Shown: positions 49,101 through 56,774 of the stretch, piece after piece
How the letters are laid out: each line of letters opens with the position of its first letter
Numbering within the stretch: the first letter of the stretch is position 1
Notes under the pieces: generated by a model
Database searches by the model: none
Seen by the model: only the letters and a program-made list of their open reading frames with translations
What the model was told of the DNA's origin: nothing
Program-made: the position numbers and the translations under genes
DNA from: Giardia intestinalis
Taxonomy: Eukaryota
Assembly (NCBI GenBank): GCA_000002435.2
Contig: CM018792.1
Length of the DNA stretch: 64,000 nucleotides
Strand: one strand, 5' to 3'

Positions 49101-49645
49101 AGAGGATGGGTGGGGTCGAGCACCGAGTAGCACTTAACGTTATTGGAGTTTCCAGCCACTACTAGAAATAGCTCATCAGGTGTGAAGCGCATAGACATCA
49201 CGCGCATGCCACATGGCACGGTAGTTATTAGCTCGAATTTGGAGGAGCTGAGTGTAGTCACTCCAGAGCGTAGATTCATCAGCGGGGTTGCCCACACATG
49301 AATTGACCTAGACGATGATACAGCTAGAATGGATCCATCAGAATTGAAGCAAAGAGCCTCAACTGGATACCCGAAGGCCATACGGCACAAACTCAAGCCA
49401 GACTCAACGGAAATAAGTGATCCGTTGTTACGGTTATCAACAGCAAAGATAAAGCGCTCATTGGCCGTGATGGTGAACCGCTTGAGCTTGTATCTGGCCT
49501 CGTATGGAAGTGTGATGGATGTTTTGGAAAAGGGGTTGATTGAGCGAATGCGATTGTGTGCTATCGTATATATGTCTCCACTGGCACAATGTATCTTTCC
49601 AGCCGTGTGAATATCTGTTAAAAGGTTGTTGAAAGAGTACGCCAT
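46127..49645 (-). CDS. PWP2: Periodic tryptophan protein 2 (PWP2/UTP1), WD40 SSU-processome component
   Basis: ATG verified at 49645. The N-terminal MAYSFNNLLTDIH...TLPYEARYKLKRFTITANERFIFAVDNRNNGSLISV aligns to PWP2 (KFAYRFSNLLGTVY...TLPLATRYNVKCVGLSPDGRLAIIVDEGG.ALLVSL). Multiple WD-like repeats, then a helical Utp12-type C-terminal domain. Confidence 0.8.
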   Translation of the reverse strand: MAYSFNNLLTDIHTAGKIHCASGDIYTIAHNRIRSINPFSKTSITLPYEARYKLKRFTITANERFIFAVDNRNNGSLISVESGLSLCRMAFGYPVEALCFNSDGSILAVSSSRSIHVWATPLMNLRSGVTTLSSSKFELITTVPCGMRVMSMRFTPDELFLVVAGNSNNVKCYSVLDPTHPLRLVLNYSTAHLGGHSGGSSDAYCIQAVTEDAAQRGSLLDIRSFIKNPQMSLYEFMKLQVTGIELDSEDPTQTEFSEGTTSRIADMIDTYVNLEHVDLERAAKGTLPSYSIVTVSRKGFLNVWAPGAGHEDEEHEQESSEESGAPEATSAWAWHLIEKRDILRDTRLLYDKEQERSDTDEKDDESKTEDAKNFIIDHDGNKISIDNLETTKLLENPVIDYNLEPEKVYTGYDRKRAEEQASAIILSAGFEIGNNDDPQSIAPSAGTIVVGFADGHYSLYAFDTLYFKLAIERESLSVEDVLLWNEQCSKSSSRISHFKHIHNLKACTYPITSACIYKNYLMLACSHDHSLCVFDYLAETFVIQEVPPPQTTCADVSENGEFYAIGCVNGAVHVYDLASGFSYAVVTNHLAAVTKVRFSKTSRVLISAGADGLVFAFDLTKKVTFRKLSINTRIIANDLNALTNSISRGIIRSFSALAVEPSGDIIAVGCSDGDFEIYLFQLRTSKLLEVLSGHTGPITSLSFSPLGTGELASSSWDGTTRVWSTFSPSIPCEILPEGVEVLQVDFTPDGLQLLTSTSNGRITIWSVEGGEQTGVFNVGRDILGGFKDDEHRHYMSSSYGKACKNFCIVGDFLICAGDSKYIIVYLYKTWPYTLVGKYQITIDKGIAGVRKRDILDKNTREILDKHISDSSDDEAGMAVRSLVQLTKIRDRESRRVVDSLQEVTGKRLEARVIDLCVSPDGMRFLALTPFGALEYTRETTKYNRYIDIADLGIEVTVATSAGIILDCYEREHANSIVSGSLRMEKFDHNNIPCLAHGLQIAMILHNKELFELYITTIYKASKLKADIERIILHTIQLLNSKHYRKFITMLAQFVRETPYISAGMEWAQTFLLHTVPLLEQTIKRDAGLRNDLKLLSKSVISRSEGLVKSLGEAVTIFQGTSYIGQYDRDCEVEVAQVRGNELLRLERESVLAHRKREADAAEAARRRHRYQF

Positions 49646-49681
49646 TAGTGCAATTAAAAATTACCTCCGGAGTTTTTTCAA

Positions 49682-50908
49682 ATGTCCCGCTCGTCTGCTT
49701 CTCTCTTCAACATTATTGCCTCTCCGGCGGTGACTCGCATCGCTCGCTTTATCCTCTCAAGCAATGAGAATCAATTTATCCATTTTTTCTCGGCGTTGTA
49801 TCCGGCTGGAGCTCCCCATACAGTCATCGCAAGATCTGTCGACGGGTCTCACTACGTCATCGACATGAAGGCCCGAAAGATCCACAATACGTTTGGCCGC
49901 AAAGAATTCCTTGCTGCCACAAACACCAACACCAAGCTTTGGTGCAGCATCGACCCGGCGAAAAATGCCATCTTCATCCGCGACTGGGAGGCCCCCAAGC
50001 TACTAATATACCAAGAATTCACTGACAGAGTTCCTGTCTCGATAGCTTTGTCCAAGGACTATGTGGCTATCGTCAGCGTGCCGTACAATAGAAAGCACCG
50101 CGGCAAGGATGGAATCTCCGCTGAGCAAATCCATGCGCTTCCTGATGCAGCTACCTCCTTAGACAACGTTGAAACAAGCTCAGTTGCTGGCTCCTTCACT
50201 AGCGATGGCCAGTCACTGGCCAACTTCACCGGCCACATTGCGAGCGTCGACGTTGCGTACGCTCTGACAAAGGAAGGGGCCCGCAAGGGGCTGCCTGATT
50301 TGGTCAATCGGCCGGGTGTTGAAAAGAGTACAGAGTCAGGTCTCCTCAATTTCACGATCAGTATATATCGGTTTAGGAAGCTAGAAAGTAAAGATGCACA
50401 CACCAAGTATGCCGGGCAGGTGGTCTCTAAGTGTGAACTAGTGCGCCAATCACACTTAGACTTCGCTGCATCTGGCATTATATCGACGGCGTTCGACCAT
50501 GCAGACAGCTCACAGCTCTACATTGCACTGCAGAGTGACGAGCTAATTACTCTCGACACCACAACAAACGAACTGTATCGCGAGACGACCGATGGATACC
50601 CTTGGGAAGTTTTGTCCGCAGGATACGGCAAGGAGTACAGCATCCGTGTCCCTGTGGCTGGAAGGCGCACACAAGCCATGAAACTTTCAGTGCCCATAAG
50701 CTGCTATGGCACATACGTGGTAAGTTCAAACCGCGAGTCGTCCACTTTATACAAAAATGGAGAGCCTATCATTGAGGGATTCCCACCAGCGACCTGTGTG
50801 TCGCCAGACTCTGCCTTTGTGTGGTTCTACCTCAACGGAGTCTTCTACGAGCTGGATCTTCACAAGCTCGCTGAGATGAAAGAGACAATCCAAATTAAGT
50901 GCCTATAG
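49682..50908 (+). CDS. Hypothetical protein, member of a two-gene paralogous family in this window (408 aa)
   Basis: ATG verified at 49682. Conserved blocks shared with 53404..55065, for example ...LWCSIDPAKNAIFIRDWEAPKLLIYQEF...DYVAIV... and C-terminal ...VPISCYGTYVVSSNRESSTLYKNGEPIIEGFPPATCVSP...VWFYLNGVFYELDL. Confidence 0.55.
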   Translation: MSRSSASLFNIIASPAVTRIARFILSSNENQFIHFFSALYPAGAPHTVIARSVDGSHYVIDMKARKIHNTFGRKEFLAATNTNTKLWCSIDPAKNAIFIRDWEAPKLLIYQEFTDRVPVSIALSKDYVAIVSVPYNRKHRGKDGISAEQIHALPDAATSLDNVETSSVAGSFTSDGQSLANFTGHIASVDVAYALTKEGARKGLPDLVNRPGVEKSTESGLLNFTISIYRFRKLESKDAHTKYAGQVVSKCELVRQSHLDFAASGIISTAFDHADSSQLYIALQSDELITLDTTTNELYRETTDGYPWEVLSAGYGKEYSIRVPVAGRRTQAMKLSVPISCYGTYVVSSNRESSTLYKNGEPIIEGFPPATCVSPDSAFVWFYLNGVFYELDLHKLAEMKETIQIKCL

Positions 50909-53173
50909 TTTTATTGCCCTCCTGCTGTTGGATCCTTTTGTGCTCTTATTTGTCCTTGCAACGTTACTCACGACGCCACTCGTTTTCTTCGGTATGTCCT
51001 GAGAAGAAACCTTAGATGAGACAGCCCGCTTTTCACTTCTGTCTAAAGAAATGCCTGAAGATCCTCCTAACTTCAGCTCTCGTGGATGCTCTGTTAGTAG
51101 ATCGGCAACGTCTTCCTTTACCTTGGTGGCTGCTCCGACCAAGTGCATTGGTGGTCTTCTCAGCTTCGATAAGGGTTTGAGAGGCTTTGAAAGCAGAGAC
51201 TCTAACCGGGCCCTAGAGATCTTTATTTGCTCAGAGAGCTCTTGAGAGACGGCCTGTGCTTCAGGGTTATTTGTAAATTCTCGAAAGTCCCCATCTGACT
51301 CATCCGAGGAACTATTAAAGTTCTTCTCGTCGCGACGCTTGTACGACTGTCTCCTCATAAAGCTCTGGTTTTCGACAAGAGCGTCTGCCGCCTTAGAGGC
51401 CGCAAGCCAGATGTGCTTGATGCTTTTTAGAATGTCACTCTGGATGTCAATAGCTGGAGGCATTGTCTTCTGGGTGTAGCCACACACAGATGCGATTTGG
51501 ACAAAGCGACTGTTGTCAGCTGGAGAAATCAGAGAGACTGCCATTCCCACATGCTTCTGGTCAGCGCCCGATTCCACCCGTGCTGCACGACCAACCCGGT
51601 GGATATGACTGGAGGTGGAGTCCGGGGCCGAATGCTGAATAACAAGCGATACATGGGGAATGTCAAGGCCTCGGGCGCACACATCTGTAGTGATTAGAAC
51701 GGTATCATCACGGTCACGGAGTCTGTCCACATTCTTATATCTCTGACGCTGAGGCATCGACGCATGTACACACCACGCGGAGATGCCAAGGAGCTGGAAT
51801 ATGGTCGTGAAGTTCTTAGCCTGATCAATAGTCTTTACAAAGATGATCGTGGGGTAACGATATCGGATCACGAGATACGCCATTAATACGCTTTTCTCCG
51901 CCTCATCAAACACGTGATTCCACAGTTCAAAAACAGCCTTATTAACGATACAATCTGGAGATATGTCAACAATGACCAATTTGCTGCCCGAAAAGCCTAG
52001 ATTGCTAAGAACCTTCAACCACGACATGTATATCTGCCGCTGGCTTTCGGTTACTGATGCGTTATCAGCTATTTCGAGCACGAGCGCCTTCTTCGATGAG
52101 CGAATAGCTCTGTCGAATTTGTTGTCCTTGCGAGAACCCCACTTCTTCTCCTTCCATGTTCTTCCTTGATTAGATGGCTGCCCTGTCTCCTCATCGGGCT
52201 CTGAAAACTTTATATTCCGCTCTCTGAGCAGCGATGGAAGGCTCATAGTTGCTGAGCTGATTGTGACTTTTGCTGTACAACCATCGACCACGGTGCTTGT
52301 GAGAGAGCTACACAAGTCTATGAGCTCATGAAACCGGCCCTTCTGAAGCATCTTATCTGACTCATCTATGACCAGTCTGTCTATCAAGCTGGTGTCGGCG
52401 AAGAACGCATTAGACCTTGAAATGTCATACAAACGGCCCGGGGTGCCCACTAGTATGAGGGGCCGCTCCCGTATGAAGCGCTCCTGCTTCTGGGGAGAGA
52501 TCCCGCCCACAATGGTGTACATTATGCGAAAACACTTCTGGATGTCCCCAAATATTGTTGTCATCACAGTATTGATCTGCGTGGCCAGCTCGCGTGTCGG
52601 TGCAATGATAAGGGTCTGCAAGGCTCGCCTCTGGGCCTGGTCTGGGCGCTTGAGGGCATTGGTCACCAGGGTAAATGCCTTGTGAAGTGCTGGGAGCAGA
52701 TATGCAAGGGTCTTCCCAGAACCTGTTTCAGCGGCGATGACAAGGGACTTGTTATGGAGGGCAGCCCTTATTGTCTGAGTCTGAATGGCGCGGGGCTTGG
52801 TATATCCTGCTCGCACCAAATACTTACAGAGAACAGGATGAAGGCCCAGTCTAACCCATTCATCTATGCCCTCAACGTCGGCAAGAGAGCATATTTCATC
52901 AACAAACTCCTGCTTGTAACTGTGATCAGCCATAACATTCAGCTCATCCTCAGGAAAACTCTGAAAAGCATTTGAATCCTCACTGCTCTCTGCAGAAGAT
53001 GCCTTCTGCGGGGAGCTCTTGGCCTTATCGAAGAGGTTCTGCTGAAAAAGCTCCTTATGGGAAATTGTCTCCAGACTGACGAGCCCAGAATGTATGTCTC
53101 CGTTCTGGAGCTTGAGTGACGGGTCGGGCCGCCACTTTGCCCGGTGGAGGATGGACGTCGCGACAGGCCTCAT
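50903..53173 (-). CDS. DEAD-box (DESD variant) ATP-dependent RNA helicase
   Basis: The track's start at 53197 is a TTG; the first ATG is at 53173. Q-motif region GYTKPRAIQTQTI. Motif I AAETGSGKT, Ia APTRELA, II VIDESD, III SAT, VI HRVGRAAR. Long Ser/Lys-rich C-terminal extension. Confidence 0.8.
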   Translation of the reverse strand: MRPVATSILHRAKWRPDPSLKLQNGDIHSGLVSLETISHKELFQQNLFDKAKSSPQKASSAESSEDSNAFQSFPEDELNVMADHSYKQEFVDEICSLADVEGIDEWVRLGLHPVLCKYLVRAGYTKPRAIQTQTIRAALHNKSLVIAAETGSGKTLAYLLPALHKAFTLVTNALKRPDQAQRRALQTLIIAPTRELATQINTVMTTIFGDIQKCFRIMYTIVGGISPQKQERFIRERPLILVGTPGRLYDISRSNAFFADTSLIDRLVIDESDKMLQKGRFHELIDLCSSLTSTVVDGCTAKVTISSATMSLPSLLRERNIKFSEPDEETGQPSNQGRTWKEKKWGSRKDNKFDRAIRSSKKALVLEIADNASVTESQRQIYMSWLKVLSNLGFSGSKLVIVDISPDCIVNKAVFELWNHVFDEAEKSVLMAYLVIRYRYPTIIFVKTIDQAKNFTTIFQLLGISAWCVHASMPQRQRYKNVDRLRDRDDTVLITTDVCARGLDIPHVSLVIQHSAPDSTSSHIHRVGRAARVESGADQKHVGMAVSLISPADNSRFVQIASVCGYTQKTMPPAIDIQSDILKSIKHIWLAASKAADALVENQSFMRRQSYKRRDEKNFNSSSDESDGDFREFTNNPEAQAVSQELSEQIKISRARLESLLSKPLKPLSKLRRPPMHLVGAATKVKEDVADLLTEHPRELKLGGSSGISLDRSEKRAVSSKVSSQDIPKKTSGVVSNVARTNKSTKGSNSRRAIKL

Positions 53174-53403
53174 TGAATTAATTCCATCGCGGACCAAGCA
53201 TTTGTGTAAAATTACTGCTAAAAGTGAAATTAATACAAAACACTTAGACCAAATCTACCAGGATGGCAATCCTCGAGCAATAGACGCGACTGGCTGACTG
53301 TCTTGCCATCAATATTCTGTACTCTAGCTACCGGACGGGCAGTGGAAGGACCGACGAGCACTGACATTCAAGCAATGACTGCGGAAAAATTCTAGATTAC
53401 AAA

Positions 53404-55065
53404 ATGGAATCTCCCTTAAAAACCGGCAGATTGGCTTCCGATGACGCAAATGTATTCTCACTGGTAGAACTGCTGGAGACAGATGCGGTCAAAATGCTTT
53501 GCGAATCCATGGTCATTGATAGACGGAACGATTTCATTAACTATTACACAACCTTATTTCCAACGCACATGGATCGTGTGATCATCGGGCAAACGCTTAG
53601 CGGCTCCCATAATGTGGTAAACCTGAACACGGGAACAGTTATCAACACGTTTGAGCGCCGCCAGGCCCTTTCGTCATTTTCTCACGACTCGCAGCTGTGG
53701 TGCGCCATTGACCCGCTGAGCCAGTCACTTTATCTCCGTGACTGGGCCATTCCGCGCCTCCTCATCTTCCATGAGTTCCAAGATCACCTTGTGCTCAGCA
53801 CTGCACTGATGCAGGACTACATAGCGATCATTTACACCAAGCTTCCACCAGCAAAGAGGGCCAAGTCTTCGGGGAAAGCTTCTTCAAAGACATGTCTTAG
53901 CCGGGCAACAAGCGACCATGATATACAAGCCAATGACCCTGAGTCCGAGGTCAAGACGTTCGCAGATCACGGTGACAACATGGACGATGGGGCTATCGGG
54001 GACCTAAGAGACTCTGACCTGGACACCGCGCAGATTCCTGAGAAAGATGTCGATCCAGGGTTCTTAAGCAGAAGCCTTAGCCAACTGAATGTTATCAGTA
54101 ACACCGCGGGAGATCTTACCAGCGTGGAGCTGAACGATGACTCCGATGATTCGGAGAGCTCTGAACACTTAAAGAATTATACTTCTATGAGTCTTGCTAG
54201 AGACCGTGACTACATGCTCTCGTGTAGAAACACACTTGATAGTAAGCTGTCTACCCGTAAGCAAGGTGGCAGCCCCGTTGCTACCTCAATGGACGGGACC
54301 TCGTCCAAAGGAGAGGTATCATCGCTGAGTGACCAGCACAGGCTGGTGTCTACTGTCCCCCTATCGATTAATCAGAGTCCCCTTCTTTCCCAAAGTGCAA
54401 CCCTTTCCTTCCTTGACAGAGAGGAGGTCAGAACTCCTGTGGACCAGCTGACCCCTAATAAGAGCATAGAGCCCGAGTTCACCGTTAACATATATCGCAT
54501 AAACAAGAGCGTGCACGGAAACACTTTTACGGCTCCGTACTCCCTTGATAGGGTGGTGAGTCAGCGCCTCCGTGGATCGGTTGTGCTGGGAAGCTATTTC
54601 GAAACCGATCAAACACGCCTATATATTGTCATGCCCAATTACGAAATGTATATTATGGACCTAATTACATACGAAACAGAGTTTGTAAAAACGACTGCTT
54701 ATCCCCAACGCTTCGGACTAGGGCATGCAGGCGGAGAGTATCGCTTCACAATCTCATCAACAGGAAAAAATTTGAAACTGAGCACTCCGATAAGCACATA
54801 TGGGCAGTACATACTGACCTCAAACAAAGAATGTAGCACGGTCTATCGCAATGAAAAGGTCTACATTGAGGGGCTTCCGCCTGCAGCCTGTCTCAGCCCT
54901 AAGAAGCCAGTTGTTTGGTTTTACATAAGCGGGAGGTTTTGCGAGCTTAACTTATTAAAAGTCAAACGTAACCAAAGAACCCTAATACTTAAGACGAATG
55001 CAAGGGGCCAGATGCCAACTAATTCTAAAATTTCTAAACCGGCTATTGCTTATAAGGTAAAGTAA
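53404..55065 (+). CDS. Hypothetical protein, paralogue of 49682..50908 with a long acidic/Ser-rich insertion (553 aa)
   Basis: ATG verified at 53404. Shares ...LWCAIDPLSQSLYLRDWAIPRLLIFHEF...DYIAII... and C-terminal ...TPISTYGQYILTSNKECSTVYRNEKVYIEGLPPAACLSP...VWFYISGRFCELNL with 49682..50908. The central region of about 180 aa is D/S-rich low complexity. Confidence 0.55.
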   Translation: MESPLKTGRLASDDANVFSLVELLETDAVKMLCESMVIDRRNDFINYYTTLFPTHMDRVIIGQTLSGSHNVVNLNTGTVINTFERRQALSSFSHDSQLWCAIDPLSQSLYLRDWAIPRLLIFHEFQDHLVLSTALMQDYIAIIYTKLPPAKRAKSSGKASSKTCLSRATSDHDIQANDPESEVKTFADHGDNMDDGAIGDLRDSDLDTAQIPEKDVDPGFLSRSLSQLNVISNTAGDLTSVELNDDSDDSESSEHLKNYTSMSLARDRDYMLSCRNTLDSKLSTRKQGGSPVATSMDGTSSKGEVSSLSDQHRLVSTVPLSINQSPLLSQSATLSFLDREEVRTPVDQLTPNKSIEPEFTVNIYRINKSVHGNTFTAPYSLDRVVSQRLRGSVVLGSYFETDQTRLYIVMPNYEMYIMDLITYETEFVKTTAYPQRFGLGHAGGEYRFTISSTGKNLKLSTPISTYGQYILTSNKECSTVYRNEKVYIEGLPPAACLSPKKPVVWFYISGRFCELNLLKVKRNQRTLILKTNARGQMPTNSKISKPAIAYKVK

Positions 55066-55173
55066 ATGTGTACTAAGGATAAGATGTCGCCAGAAACTGC
55101 CACAAGACAGCTGAGTTGGAAACTGAGCTGGGAATTGATCTGAGAATTTAAAAATTAAAAGGGTGGCAGGACC

Positions 55174-56757
55174 ATGGTTGTAATCCGCATTCAAACTCCC
55201 GAGGGCCAAATAAGGGCAAATATGGAGAGCACTGCTACTGTGAAAGACCTCTTCCGCGAGATCAGCAATATGCTTTCGCTGTCCTTGAAGGACGTTGCAA
55301 ACGCTCTGTACTTTGACGTCAAGTATACTAACCTGGTTTATTCCCACGACATCCATTCAGCAGACCTATTATCTAAGCACTCATCTCTGCAGCATGGCGC
55401 CCTTTTATATTTGAAGATGGAGCGAGATTTGGGGAGCGATAGTGACAGTGACAGTGATAGCGTAAGCCCGGAGGCCTTGTTCCGCAACATCATGTCTCTT
55501 AAGGATCTCCCTCGTCCCCCAACAAAAGGGAAGCACTGTACACACGACTCTACCATGCGATGCACACGCTGCTACATGGAGTGGGAGGATGCGTTTCTCA
55601 AGTACATAGGGAAGACTCGCGAGGACCTCCAGATGAATGAGCACATCAGGGCCAGCGAAACTGACGCTATGGATGCGGCAGCGGCAGCCTTCGATCCGTG
55701 GTCTACATCTCCGGATTCGAAGTCGGGGACGCACAGTCCTCGAAAGGGCCTACAAAGCTATCAGAGCGTGAATAATATCCAGCACCTTAAAGATAACATA
55801 ACCAAGTTCCAGCTGAATATTGAGCGCCAGAAAAAGGCGCTGGTTGCGTGCCTTTCTGTGTCGGAAACGCAGATGATGGAGGTGCGCAAGCTGGTGGAGG
55901 AATCAATGTATAACCGGAACTTTTACGGAGTCATGTACGGCCGCTATGAATACCTTTCGGAGGCTAACAGGCTCGAGGCTAACGTGTTCATAGAGTGGAT
56001 CTACATCCCACCTCAGGAGTGCATAGCTGGGACCGTCGTTGTACTGTCGGACCCGTGCAGCAAAGCAAAGAATAAAGCGGCTGAGAAAATTGCCAATGCA
56101 TTTGGCTTAATAAACATGGGCCACACCTTCACCCATTTTAACGATCGCGGCTTTATCCTGTCTGGAGCCGAGATAGGCTCGCTTGCTGTGCGGACGGCAA
56201 AGTTAGAGGCCCGTGGCGCTGAGCACGCCAAGTTTATGACAAACTTGCGCGGCTGTATCGACAAGACCCGCAAAGAGTTAGTTCTCGACGCTTTTGCAGC
56301 ATCGCGACAGCTTGTGAACCTCGCGCGTAACAACATCCTCGTCGAAAACAAGGTGGAGGACCCTGGCAACTTTGTTCGCTTCAGTGAAAAGCAGATCTTT
56401 GAACTTAAGGCATCTGAGTTGGTGGATGCTGTATGTTTTCTTGTTCCCGTGGCTGTCACGACACACAAGGATATCATCACCACGATGAAGACCAAGATAT
56501 GCTCATCAGACTTTCCGAGCCTGGGGAGTCCCTGCCCACCGACTCTGCACGACGTCGCCAGCTATATCTCTATCCATAAGTCACAGAAGCTGAGTGAGGT
56601 ATATGCCAATTGTAACTACCTAGTTTATCTTACTGACATTATCTCTATTGAGGAGGTCATAATGTTGATAGATTTGATAAAGAGGGGTGCGCCTAATGAG
56701 TCATTTGAAGAAATTGATAATATCATAAAGGGAACGGTGAATGCAACCCTCGTGTGA
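55174..56757 (+). CDS. NPL4: NPL4 (Cdc48/p97 cofactor)
   Basis: ATG at 55174 follows tgagaatttaaaaattaaaagggtggcaggaccATG. N-terminal ubiquitin-like MVVIRIQTPEGQIRANMESTATVKDLFREI (NPL4 MIIRVQSPDGVKRITATKRETAATFLKKV). Zinc-finger region KHCTHDSTMRCTRC. MPN-like NFYGVMYGRYEY...NVFIEWIYIPPQ (NPL4 HFGYLYGRYTEH...AAIYEPPQ). Confidence 0.8.
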   Translation: MVVIRIQTPEGQIRANMESTATVKDLFREISNMLSLSLKDVANALYFDVKYTNLVYSHDIHSADLLSKHSSLQHGALLYLKMERDLGSDSDSDSDSVSPEALFRNIMSLKDLPRPPTKGKHCTHDSTMRCTRCYMEWEDAFLKYIGKTREDLQMNEHIRASETDAMDAAAAAFDPWSTSPDSKSGTHSPRKGLQSYQSVNNIQHLKDNITKFQLNIERQKKALVACLSVSETQMMEVRKLVEESMYNRNFYGVMYGRYEYLSEANRLEANVFIEWIYIPPQECIAGTVVVLSDPCSKAKNKAAEKIANAFGLINMGHTFTHFNDRGFILSGAEIGSLAVRTAKLEARGAEHAKFMTNLRGCIDKTRKELVLDAFAASRQLVNLARNNILVENKVEDPGNFVRFSEKQIFELKASELVDAVCFLVPVAVTTHKDIITTMKTKICSSDFPSLGSPCPPTLHDVASYISIHKSQKLSEVYANCNYLVYLTDIISIEEVIMLIDLIKRGAPNESFEEIDNIIKGTVNATLV

Positions 56758-56774
56758 CGCTCGTCGCAAGTCTG

